In this document: positions 52,026-63,545 of the stretch, piece after piece | Numbering within the stretch: the first letter of the stretch is position 1 | Layout of the letters: each line of letters starts with the position of its first letter | Assembly: GCF_006345805.1 (NCBI RefSeq) | Contig: NC_042999.1 | Coordinates: forward strand, 72,230,001-72,294,000 | Direction: 5' to 3' | Source of the DNA: Octopus sinensis | Lineage: Eukaryota | DNA length: 64,000 nt | The notes under the pieces: generated by a model | What the model saw: the letters and a program-made list of their open reading frames with translations, nothing else | The model's database searches: none | Told to the model about the DNA's origin: nothing | Program-made: the position numbers and the translations under genes

Positions 52026-55000
52026 ATGGATTACATTATGTTGGTGTTTGAATGTGCGCGGCCTGGGAGCAGGCTGGAAGCAAGGTCGCTTCATGATATA
52101 TCAGGTCGCTTAATTTAGATGTTATTGTTGCTACAGAAACCCGGTTAGAGGGGCCAAGAGGTCTACTCCCGCTGTTTGACGGCTACGAGAGTTTTTTCTC
52201 TCCTGGCAGTCCTACAGGCGGGAGTGGGGTGTTGGTCCTATTAAAAAGAAACCGGGTTTCTGAGAAAAAGTTAATTTTTGCAGATCCAGAAGGTAGGCTG
52301 GTCGTCATGGATTTGACGTTCAGTAATGGTAAAGTTATCAGACTGGTTGCAATTTACACACCCAACCATACAGGGCAAAGTGATTATTTTCGTGAACTAG
52401 AAAACTTTCTTGGTACTTCGCATTCATTAGTGGTGCTAGGAGACTTTAACACAATTTGCAAAGCGGATGTAGATTATGTTGGCTCGTGTCCAGATAGAAA
52501 AGGCAACAGTGGCTTCATGGAACTGCTAAGCCGCTTTGAGCTAGCAGATCCTTATAGGCTGGAATTCCGAACGCTCCATTGTGGACATGGTCAAACAGCG
52601 ACGGATCTTCCAGGTCATATTTAGATAGAATACTAATTAGAAAAGTAGACAGTAAAAATAGCTAAGTGTCCACAGTTTTACCCGATCAGCTACAGTGATC
52701 ATAAAATGGTCACTTGTAAGCTTGACATAGATAAGGTAAAAATAGAGGATCCGGTTCTGGAAACTTAATACGTCCTTTTGGCGATTATTAGGAGTACAAA
52801 GACCGGATTAGGAATATAATTCAGAGGGCACTATCTGGTACCATCATTAATAACAAATGGTGGTACGCCCTCAAACGAGCCATCAAGTTTGAGTCTATTA
52901 GATATAGCATAGGAGTAGTGGCTAGAGAGGCTAGAAGGGAAACTACTTAGTTAAGGAATTAGAGGAAGCCATGAAAACTGGCTCTGCGGCTCAGGTGGCG
53001 TCCTAGAGACTGGTGTAAACCAGCACCTCGAGGCCAAACACATGGGCTGCATTGTCAGGGCTAGAATCCGCCATATGGGATGTGAAGGAATCAACGCCGT
53101 AAGATGGGCCCGAGTGGTGGAAGCTCAGCATGGTAACGATGCCACGATTCGATCTTTGACGAACCAACAAGGTGAGTTGATAAACGAAACCGAGGAGATG
53201 TGTGAGGCCTTTCAGGAGCACTTCGCTCAGCTTTTCGGTGAGTGCGGCGGACTGGATAGGAGAGAGGCCTTTACGGACCTACTCGACGGGCTGCCGCGCT
53301 TATCGGGGCGAGATGCGGAGGGCTGTGAAGGCCAATCACGCCTGAGGAGGTGGTTGAGGCAATGGCGGACTGCGGCGCGGGCAAGGCGCCGGGTTTGGAT
53401 GGTCTACCCTATGAGTTATATAAGAGTATGCCAGACTTGTTCGGGCACCTACTGGCGGAGGTCTATGCGAACTGGCAGCAGAACGGGCTTATACCCAGAT
53501 CTGTGCGCCGGGGAGTAGTGACTCTCGTCAGAAAGGACCCGAGCAAGGGGGAGTGCATTGATAATTTCAGGCCCATCACTCTGCTAAACACAGAGTTGAA
53601 GATTTTGGCCAAAGTGTTATCGAAAAGATTGGCGCGTGTCGCGGATGGTCTGATCGGAGAGGCACAGACATGTGCCGTTCCGGGCAGATCCATTCAGGAT
53701 AATCTCCATATAATGCGGTACACTATAGAGGGATATAATAGTGATTCTGGCAAGGGTGGGGCACTGGTCCATTTAGACCAATCTAAAGCTTTTGATAGGG
53801 TCGACCATCGTTACCTGGTATCTGCCCTGGCACAGTTCGGGCTGAGCCTTGGCTTCCTCAGGTGGATTATCCAAATTTATGATAACATCGACTCGGTAGT
53901 TCGGGTGAACGGCTTCTTGTCGAAGCCGTTCAAAATCAAACGCTCGGTTCGTCAAGGGTGTCCGCTCTCCCCGCTTTTGTACGTGATGGCTCTTCAGCCA
54001 TTATTGCGAAAACTGAGCGGCATCCCGAGACAGCCAGGTAATTGAAAATCAGTGTCAGCGTACGCGGATGACATCACCATCATCGTAACCGAAATGGACC
54101 ACCTATGTAATGTAGGCAAGGCCATAGAGGTTTACGAGACGGTGACAGGAGCAAAAGTTAATCGCGAAAAGTCAGTCGGCTTGCAACTGGGCACCTGGAG
54201 AGGCAAGTCGATGCCTCCTGACAGCGTCGTGGGACGTTGGACGGAGGGTCCGATTAAACTGCTAGGGGTCTGGTTCGGTCCAGACCTCCAAATAGAGAAG
54301 AATTGGGGCGAGGTAACGAGCAAGGTGGCTGCAGTAGCCAAGACCTGGTCTTGGCGGTGGCTATCCCTGAAAGGGGGGCGGAGGTGGCCAATGTGTTTAT
54401 CGCATCGGTTATCACCTACCGCCTTTCCGTCGTTCCTTGCCCTGATTCGTGGTTGATCAAGTTGGAAGACAGCTCTTCTACTTCTTGTGGAAGGGCGGGA
54501 AACCACTTGTGAAACGCTCTACTTGCTGTCAACAACCGTTAAAGGGTGGGCTAGGGATGCCTTGGCTGATGATGCGCAGACATGCGCTGAGGTTAAGACA
54601 TCTGTGGCTCTACCTGGATGGTGAACGGGTGTGGTCTTCGCTAGCAAAACTGATGTTTCCCAAGTTCACTAGTTTCGGTGGATGGGAAACCTGGCTGAAT
54701 CGTAGATCGAAACTTGGTACTTGGTACACGGAGTGTCGCAAGGCTCTCCTGCTATTCCGTCGCTCGGGCAACGCCTGCGGTGGGGGTTCCACCACATTCT
54801 TCTATAGAGGGTTGGTAGAGGCGGAATGTGAAGATACCTTGGGGGAAACCCTAGGTCTCGACGATAATCAGCTGGCCAGTCTGTTCCGACGTACGTTCGA
54901 GCCGAGGACACTGGACAACTTCCAGAAGTCTCTGGCATGGCAATGCTACAGAGGAGCTCTACCTGTTCGGGATAAACGCGCAAGGCACGGTGGCCAAGAC

Positions 55001-55411
55001 AGTCCGATATGTCCAAGATGCGGGCGGGATAGGGAAACCGTCCCGCACGCTATTGTTCATTGTCCGGACGTGTCTGAGGTGTGGGTTTATGCCGAACACC
55101 TGTTGTCAGGTACACGAAGAGTACAGCTGTCGACTGAGTCGATTACAAAAATTGACCCACCGGATTTCCTCGTGAATGAAGGTAAGTTTCGTTTTCTCGT
55201 TGTAGTAGCAATTGCGAAAGAGGTGATATGGAAGACGAGAATGAAAGGTGTACAGTCAGGCAAGTTCATCTCCGGCCCTGGTTTGATGAAGTATTTCATC
55301 TTTCACCTGAAAAGGAAGATAGGGCTGGAGAGAATATGCCTGACTAGGAGAGTGTATGAAGAACGATGGAAGGATGTAGCACGAAAGTTGCGAGTGAAAG
55401 ATACAACATAA
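52026..55411 (+). CDS. LINE ORF2: APE endonuclease, reverse transcriptase, C-terminal zinc finger (frameshifts and one in-frame TGA as assembled)
   Basis: APE motifs LNVRGL, AIYTPN, VLGDFN, YLDRI and SDH. RT motifs APGLDG, FRPITLLN, LDQSKAFDRV, VRQGCPLSPLLY and YADD (54061-54072). C-terminal CPRCGRDRETVPHAIVHC. Confidence 0.92.
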
Positions 55412-55656
55412 ATGTAATACCAAGCGCAACCAAAAGTATCAGTGGGGAGGCGGGGCTCGTGGGGTCCGAGCTAAAACCGCACCCACTCCACCCGTAATGT
55501 CTTCCGGTCTGTCCCATCATTCGATTTCTGTCCATTTATAGTAATTCATGAAAATTTTTAAATTCGATTTATTGTAAAAACCCATTCGTGTGTCTGACCC
55601 CATCATCAGATTGTATTGTCCCATCTATGTTCGCCCCTTGTGGGTAATAATAAAAC

Positions 55657-55960
55657 AACATGGAGAAAAGCACCTTCGAAAAGTGTCTTGGTGCGACTAT
55701 GAAAGGTATCTATCAGAGGCGGTAAATTCGCCACAAAAGAAGCAAGGTTCGAGTCAACGGAGCGTGCAAGGGAGTACTCGACTCGAACTTGCAAAGTGGA
55801 AATATTTTATTTTTACCATTATATCTGGGACGTAAGACGTCCCGGAAAAAATATTTAAATCCCCAAAGAAGTAGAGGTTGGCTGGATTGTAGCCACACTT
55901 CTATACAAAAGGGAGGACAAGATACAATTGATTGAAATTACAAGAGACGGGCCTACAATT
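55657..55960 (+). pseudogene. 3' part of the older ORF1 paralogue D (target of the array)
   Basis: With frameshifts it reads MEKSTFEKCLGATMK / IRGGKFATKEARFESTERAREYST / ILFLPLYLGRKTSR / IPKEVEVGWIVATLL. This is collinear with EKCLGDIM / RGKKFGTVEVR / LLPLYKGKRTSK / IPPEVKTEWLATAIL in units A and C. Confidence 0.8.
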
Positions 55961-56098
55961 CCAGTCTGTTATATATTTTGAGTATTGTTATCACTAGCGA
56001 TATCAAGATATAACTTTGTATTTTGTATTTTATGTGTATATGTATATATATAGATGTACATGTAATATGTACACATATATATACACATATATACATGC

Positions 56099-56140
56099 AC
56101 TAGCACTATGACCCGGCAACGACGAGTCTTTAATGCTAGT
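56099..56140 (+). mobile_element. Helitron-like 3' terminus (GC hairpin plus CTAG|T)
   Basis: GACCCGGCAACGACGAGTC imperfect hairpin followed by TTTAATGCTAG|T. Confidence 0.55.
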
Positions 56141-56308
56141 ATATATATAGATATATATATGAGGCTTTTACATACATATATACACTTACATACATATATA
56201 CATACATTCATATATTTATATATATATATGTATATATATATATATGAATGTATGTATATATGTATGTAAATGTATGTATATATATGTATGTATGTACGTA
56301 TGTGTGTG

Positions 56309-56340
<32 letters not shown>

Positions 56341-56689
56341 TGTATGTATGTATGTATGTATGTATGTATTCTATGGGCTTCCACGTAGATTCAGCGTAGC
56401 AAATTCATTCACAAATCTTTGCTCGGCTCCGTACTATAGCAGAAAACACTTAAACAAGTCGGCGTGCAGTGAAAGTAAGTGTGTGCGCATGCTCAGACTG
56501 CACATACTCTGCAAAATAGAAGAAACACTAAAATAGTAACACTAACGACAAACCAGACCTGAAAGCAATGCTACATGAATGCAGTATAGAAACACAGGTT
56601 TACAACTTCCCTAAGAGGGCAATACTACACGCATCTGAGGAGCAGTGAGGTACGGGAACCTGGTGGTGCAGAAAAATCACTTCGTCGGT

Positions 56690-56960
56690 TACGGCGTCGA
56701 GGTTTGCAGCTGATCCGTGAAATTAACGTGCAAGTTGCTGAGCACTCGACAGAAACGTGTACCCTAAACGCAGTTCTCAAGGATATTCAGTGTGACAACG
56801 CTGGTCCTTTGTCATACAGGTACTACTCATTTATTAGCCGGCTGAGTAGACGGGAGCAATGTAAGCTAAACTGTCTGGCTCAATGACACAACGTTCCACC
56901 GGGAATCAAATTCTCGACCTTATGGTCATGAGCCGAAGATTCCAGCCATTAAGGTACGCT
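56690..56960 (-). mobile_element. tRNA-derived SINE, second family
   Basis: Collinear with 31720-32050 (GCTGAGCACTC..CAGA..CG...AACG.AGTTCTCA..GA.ATTCAGTGTGAC). Confidence 0.65.
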
Positions 56961-57498
56961 CCTGATTGTGTATCAGAAACTCCTAAAGAATCTTTGAAAG
57001 ACACTTGTGTGGATATAGGTGTATGTGCGTGCGTGTGGACGTCTGTGTGCGTGTGTGCATGTGATTGGATTTACTATGCATGTACAAAATGATTAAATAC
57101 TAGTTTAATCTCAAAATCTCGGGAACGAAAACGATCAATAACATCGAATCTAATTAGAGGGATATGTATCCACTCAATCAGAAAGAGAGTGCGAATAGGC
57201 AAAAAGAAGTTTTCGGGATCAAATAGCAACATAATGCAAAAAACAGCAAATTTGAAATTGTTATTGAATACAGATTGAATAAGAAACAAGGACAAGAGTT
57301 TATAAACGCAAAAGTTGCAGATGTTTTTGTTATTGTAACTTTACATGCAGCTGTTTTGGATATTATTTCGACTCTTTAGACTGATGAGTTTCAGTGATCA
57401 AATACATACACACACTTATACCATACGAAAACAAAATAGTATTTCATAAATATATATACATGCATAAGTACATATATATACACACACATATATATATC

Positions 57499-57535
<37 letters not shown>

Positions 57536-57624
57536 GTATGTAATATATATATACATATGCATATATGTATGTATGTATATATATATATATATATATACAA
57601 TATGTATATGTATCTATACATATA

Positions 57625-57698
<74 letters not shown>

Positions 57699-57957
57699 GA
57701 GTGTATGTGAAATAATTATATATATGTGTATATATCTACAAATATATATGTATGTATGTATGTATGCATATCTATGTATACATCTACATATATTTACAAT
57801 AATACAGTATACGCATGCTCATATACGTAAATATATATTGTGTATATAATATATGTGTGTGTATGTATGTGTATTGATATTATTGCCATATTATATATAT
57901 ATATAAATGGCAATAATATCAATACATATACATACATATATATATATATATTATATA

Positions 57958-57988
<31 letters not shown>

Positions 57989-58316
57989 AAATACGTAGAT
58001 ATATAAATAGATACATAAATATGCATCTACATACATGCAAGCATGCATACATATATACACACACAAACATTTATGTGTGTGTGTATAAATAAATGTATAT
58101 ATACGTACGATGTACATAAAGAAGTTCGATAGTATGTCTGTGTATATAGGTGTGTGCTCGAAGAAAATATATATGAAGAAACAATAAAAAGTCCAGTGAA
58201 AAAATTTTCAAATACAAATAGTGGGTGAAGTATATTTAGATAAGGATTATCGATAAGGATATAATTGAGAAAATGAAAAGGAACATTGAGACGGAGAGAA
58301 AATTACACACGGTGTT

Positions 58317-58355
<39 letters not shown>

Positions 58356-58356
58356 T

Positions 58357-58413
<57 letters not shown>

Positions 58414-58464
58414 AGACAGACACGCTCATAAACACACACACATATACATACACACATATAACAA

Positions 58465-58529
<65 letters not shown>

Positions 58530-58579
58530 CATACACAGACAGAGAGAGTGACATACATACAGACTGACAGACAAGCAGA

Positions 58580-58800
58580 GGTCTTTAACTGAGCGACATC
58601 GATGGCAGGTGGGCGTCTAATACGAACACGATCTTCAAGGCTCAGGTCTTCGCTGAGAAATTGTTTAAACCACTTTCGAGCTGACCACTCACTGGACATT
58701 TCCTCACCAAACGTTTCGCTGATATCACGAACAGCTTCAGCTGTTTTACGTCCTTTTTTTGAAGTTAAATTGCTCGAATATCGCGTTTTGGCAGTTCCAT
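58580..58800 (-). mobile_element. Mariner transposase N-terminal relic
   Basis: MELPKRDIRAI/NFKKGRKTAEAVRDISETFGEEMSSEWSARKWFKQFLSEDLSLEDRVRIRRP, a Mos1-like HTH pattern. Confidence 0.85.
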
Positions 58801-59149
58801 TTCAGATGATTGTAAAAACAATCAAAAAGTATCAATGTTAATTTATTGATGCATTTAGGCAAGTCTATGTATGTGTTATGAGACAATTGCAAAAAAATGT
58901 TTTAAACAAAATTCAAAAATTCTGCAAAAATCCGGTACAAATTCTTCAAAACGTTGCTTACTTTTTACTCAACCTGATAGAAGCCGTAGGTGTATTTGGG
59001 GTGTTTTGTTTCTCTCTTTCACAAGCAGACGTGGAAGCAGTGGCTGTAGTAGTAGCAGTAGCAGCAGCAAGAGGAAGATCAGCGGAAGTAGTAGTGATAT
59101 CAGATTTAGTAGTAACAATATTTTTTCTCCTGAAGTGGTTGAAAAGTGG

Positions 59150-60150
59150 GCGGCAAATTATATGAATTTTGCTAGGGTTTTGTTTGTTTTTCTTGATGCG
59201 TTGCTGTTAAGATTTGACATCGGTAAATCTATATAAGGGGAAGACCGTTAAATTTAGTTGTTTTTCAGCAGCATAAGTATCGATGGCCTATTTCTCTCTG
59301 CTTCGGTATTCCAATTTAAGATTTATGCAGAGTTATACGCTATCTTAAGGACATCATGGGTTGCCCGATGTAGTTTTATCCACAGCCTGAACATGTTATT
59401 ATGTAAATTAGGTTTTCCGTTGAATTGATAAAATTTTATTTTTTGTTGTTTAATTTGAAAATTTGCCCGTGTTTAAAATAGATATCTGATCCTTTAGACA
59501 GTTTTAAACACATGGCGCAATTGGATCTTCCGCATCATTTTACTGTTGATTCTGTTTTGTAAAGTGTAGCTTATGTTAATAATTTTTCATTGATTTATAC
59601 AGTATTTTTCTTTTTATGGTGGTAAGTGTGAGAAGAACTTGGTTCATCTTGGAGTCCTTCTTTAGTTTGTTTTGAAATATAATGTAAACATCAACAATTT
59701 TAGAATTGTGGATGGAAGTGCAAGGTAGGACTTTTTGATTCCGAATATATTTCTTTGTTTTGTTTTTCATAATGCCTGGATATTAATATTCCTAGCTTGT
59801 TGTATTCCAACATGATTTTTGCAAAAGAGTTAATCTTTAAGAATTTGAAGTCATACATTTGAAGTTACGGACGTTTTCGCTGGATATAACTATGCAGATG
59901 TTTTTGGCTAGATTATAAGAGATATTTACTCTGTCGTGTCTCGGGTGTAACGAATTGAAAAGTAATTAATAGGCGTTTAGTGTATATATCAGACTCTTTC
60001 TGGTCGTTCGGGTTTTAAATATTGGATGTCTTAAAATAGGAGTTAATCTTGGCAACATTTCATGACGAATCATATACTTTTGTTTAATTGTATTAAGTAG
60101 TGTTTTGAAATTTTTTACTTGCTCTCTACTTTTAGAGATCTATTCCGATG
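59150..60150 (-). mobile_element. Penelope-like (Neptune-type) relic with Cys linker and GIY-YIG endonuclease
   Basis: Minus strand reads CGRSNCAMC...STENLIYIITCSGCG*NYIGQPMMSLR*RITLHKS, with stops. The upstream boundary is approximate. Confidence 0.8.
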
Positions 60151-60749
60151 TGAAACGAGTCCCAATCGAGTCTGGGGAAGCTTTCTCATGCATAGGTGCA
60201 TATATTAATGAGTAGGATGAGTATGCACGTATCTATAAAAATGTGTTTAACGATAAGAAGAAAAACAAAATAAAAGAAGGATGAGAAATCGACCAAAAAT
60301 TGTTAAATCAGATCAGAATCATACACATAAAATTCAACCGACATCAGCATATTGAAGTAAACAATTTAAAAATAAGGATTCTGATCGAAAAATAGTGATA
60401 CAATAAATAAGATAGAAAATTTGGAAATCCAAGCGAAATCTAAAGCAAGTACAGAAAGAATGATAAAGATTGTAAAATATACACAAATAACCAAGGTTTC
60501 TTTTCTATACATACTAATGAAGCAAAAGAAAAATTCAACCTCTACACATGAGCATCTGACCGAATACATATGTGTGCGTGTGTATGTAGGTGTGCGTGTT
60601 TGAGTGAGGCCGCGTTTATGAGTTTGTATTTATGTGTGCATTTTTGTGAGTATATAACTGTTCGAATGCACATTTGTGTATTAATATATCTATCTATTTA
60701 TCTAGCCCTCTATCTATCTAAATATATATATATATATATATATAAGTAA

Positions 60750-60815
<66 letters not shown>

Positions 60816-61199
60816 GGTAACACACAGACACAAACCTACTTACATACATACATACATGTATGTATGAGTGTGTACGAATGCATGCATGTATGTGTGTATG
60901 TATCTATGTATGTATAAGCACTTACTATGATCAGTTCGCCCTTCACTGTATTCTTTTATATACATGCACCCCAGGAAGACCAAGGTTCGAGGCAGAATTT
61001 TTGAGTGAAGTATTAGTTAAAAAAGAAACCTAAGAAATTACACTTGGATCCTATGTAGAAGACTACATATGAAAGTAATCAACTTCTTTTGATGAATTTC
61101 AGAGAATAGAACATACTATATAATATAATGCATATGCATGTGTGCATGTGTGTGTACCTTGTGTATGTGTATGTATATATACATATTCATATCTATCTA

Positions 61200-61249
<50 letters not shown>

Positions 61250-61885
61250 CCTGTGAGTGTGTGTGTGTGTGTGTGTGTATGTTTGTTTGTTACTCATAAC
61301 GATTTAGATATAGACACACAAACATACGCACACATTCACATACACATATATTATTGTTGAACAACAAAATACTCATATTTACTGAAGGCTGGGATTCAGT
61401 ACATTTTCTAAACTGATAGGTTACGTTTATTGCTACCAAACTACATGGCTCCGGATACTGTCCAACGGGGTGGCACTCGAGGAAGAATTTTCTACTATAG
61501 CATTTGGGTGACCAAAGCCTTGTGCGATTTGTAAAACGGAAACTGAAAGAAACCCGACGTCTGTAGGTAATGACTCGCAAAGATGTGATTAACTGCATAA
61601 TAAAACCTGGATATGCAAATCCCTAATTTATTAATTGATACGTACATACACACACACACACACACGTATCCAATATGGAGGAGTATAATGTATAATGCAG
61701 AGATCTGTGCAGCTGAAATTCAGAAGATCCATTGAATGAGATTATTTCATGAGGTGTATATAAACCATCCTAAGAACAAGTGGTTAAATATACTCACCTC
61801 TCAGACCTCCTGATCTTTTATATATATATATATATATATATAGCAATAATAATTCTCTAAAAGAGATATAGACAGTAACTGCTCG

Positions 61886-62360
61886 ATAACATGAGGGACT
61901 AAAGCCATCTGAATATGGCTAGGGACAGGGCAGGGTGGTGGGGGTGTTACTGTTGCATTTAGCCCCAGGCGAACATCGACGTCGCCAGATAGGCTTGACA
62001 CCATCACGGTGTCCTTTAACCTGCAAAGGGAGATAATTCCCCGATGAAGCGGAAACCACACACGGACCATGGTTTCAAGGTGTATTGCCTATCGTCAACG
62101 TGTGGTAGGCCTCCGCTTCCTCGACGAAATCTCACTCTGCAGGGTGGTGGGGGTGTTACTGTTTCATTAGCCCCAGGCGAACATCGACGTCGCCAGATAG
62201 GCTTGACACCATCACGGTGTCCTAGGTTAAAGGACACCGTGATGGTGTCAAGCCTATCTGGCGACGTCGATGTTCGCCTGGGGCTAAATGCAACAGTAAC
62301 ACCCCCACCACCCTGCCCTGTCCCTAGCCATATTCAGATGGCTTTAGTCCCTTATGTTAT
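61886..62360. mobile_element. Young foldback element: ~137-bp near-perfect inverted termini plus an internal partial third copy
   Basis: 61886-62022 is the near-exact reverse complement of 62224-62360. 62139-62223 directly repeats the inner part of the left arm. Confidence 0.85.
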
Positions 62361-62376
62361 ATATATATATATATAT

Positions 62377-62410
62377 ATTAGCAGAGATACCCGGCGTTAC
62401 TCGGGATTAA
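62377..62410 (-). mobile_element. Isolated Helitron-like 3' terminus
   Basis: Minus strand ATCCCGAGTAACGCCGGGTATCTCTGCTAAT: hairpin plus CTAR end, adjoining (TA)n. Confidence 0.5.
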
Positions 62411-62504
62411 AATGGCATATTTTTTATTCTTTTCCTTACTTTGGTCATATGACTGCAGCCATTCTGGTGCATCACATTTAGTCGAAGAAACTGACAACAG
62501 GATT

Positions 62505-62540
<36 letters not shown>

Positions 62541-63164
62541 ATATATATAATATATATATATAATCAAAATAAGCAACAAGTATATCCGAGATAGAGTAGT
62601 ACAATTTTTTCATGCTACTTCATTTTAGTAAACACTTTAAGTATTGCATCAGTTTTAAAATGTCGTACAATCTTCAGCCACTTATAGAATTTTCCAATCA
62701 AACGGACAATGCACATTCTTATCTCTATTTCATTCACCAACATTATAAAGAGGGTAGATATATAGACAGAGAGGTTGATTTCATTCTTAAGAACAAGATA
62801 ACAAGATAACAGTATATTTACTCTCTGACTGTAGATTTTATCATTGGGTTCATTTTGTTATTTAGATCTGTCAGTGGGGAGGGGCATTTTATTTTTGGTT
62901 AGATGGAGACAAAGAATTTTTCTATTTATAGATAAATAGAAAAACATTATTTGTCTCCATCCAACCCAAAATACAATTGTTGGTATATTTAGCTTATTAA
63001 CATCAATAGGGAAGACATTTCTGGAAAAAATTTAATAATTCAAAATGTTAGACTAAAAATTATATTTACTAATTATATTTTTTCTAAAAATATCTTCCCT
63101 ATTGATGTTAATAAGCTAAATATACCGTATCTCTGTATCGTACGATATAAAATAGACCTGTTGA

Positions 63165-63272
63165 CATATGAAAGGCAAAGTCGACCTTGGCGGAATTTGA
63201 ACTCAGAACGTAGCGACAGAGGAAATACCGCTAAATATTTCGCATGGCATGCTAACAATTTTGTCAGCTCGA
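63165..63272 (-). mobile_element. tRNA-derived SINE head, third family
   Basis: Minus strand CGAGCTGACAAAATTGTTAGC...GAGTTCAAATTCCGCCAAGGTCGACTTTGCCTTTCAT. Related copies lie near 11300-11460, 12840-12970 and 31570-31640. Confidence 0.65.
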
Positions 63273-63275
63273 TAA

Positions 63276-63312
63276 ATGATGATGAGGATGATGATGATGA
63301 TGATGATGATGA

Positions 63313-63360
<48 letters not shown>

Positions 63361-63545
63361 CAGTAGTAGTAGTAGTAGTAACAGCAGCAGCAGCAGCACC
63401 GGCTTCGGCTTCAGCGTCAGCGGTAGTTGTGGTGGTGGCATTAGTAATATTGGTAGTATTAGTATTAGCGACAGAACTTTTAGTTCTCGTGGTGATAGTA
63501 GTAAAGTAGAAGTAGTATTGGTTAGCAGTGATAGTAGTTATATAT
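63276..63545. repeat. Compound (GAT)n/(AGT)n/(AGC)n trinucleotide microsatellite
   Basis: Directly visible. Accounts for the poly-D, poly-S, poly-L and poly-V ORFs. Confidence 0.95.

Larger units (their letters stand above)
50450..55656 (+). mobile_element. Full-length L1-clade (Tx1-like) non-LTR retrotransposon, unit C
   Basis: 5' UTR starting GCGTGTCGGAAATC, ORF1 with CCHC knuckle, ORF2 with APE, RT and zinc finger, and a 3' UTR ending in the shared terminal motif. Confidence 0.93.

Noticed and set aside
36153-55656. Interpretation as an LTR retrotransposon, CRISPR-like array or host tandem gene family
   Set aside because: There are no TG...CA LTRs, PBS, protease or integrase, and the RT is APE-linked non-LTR type. 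The repeats are kb-sized without spacers. The units are intronless and share termini with the LINE.
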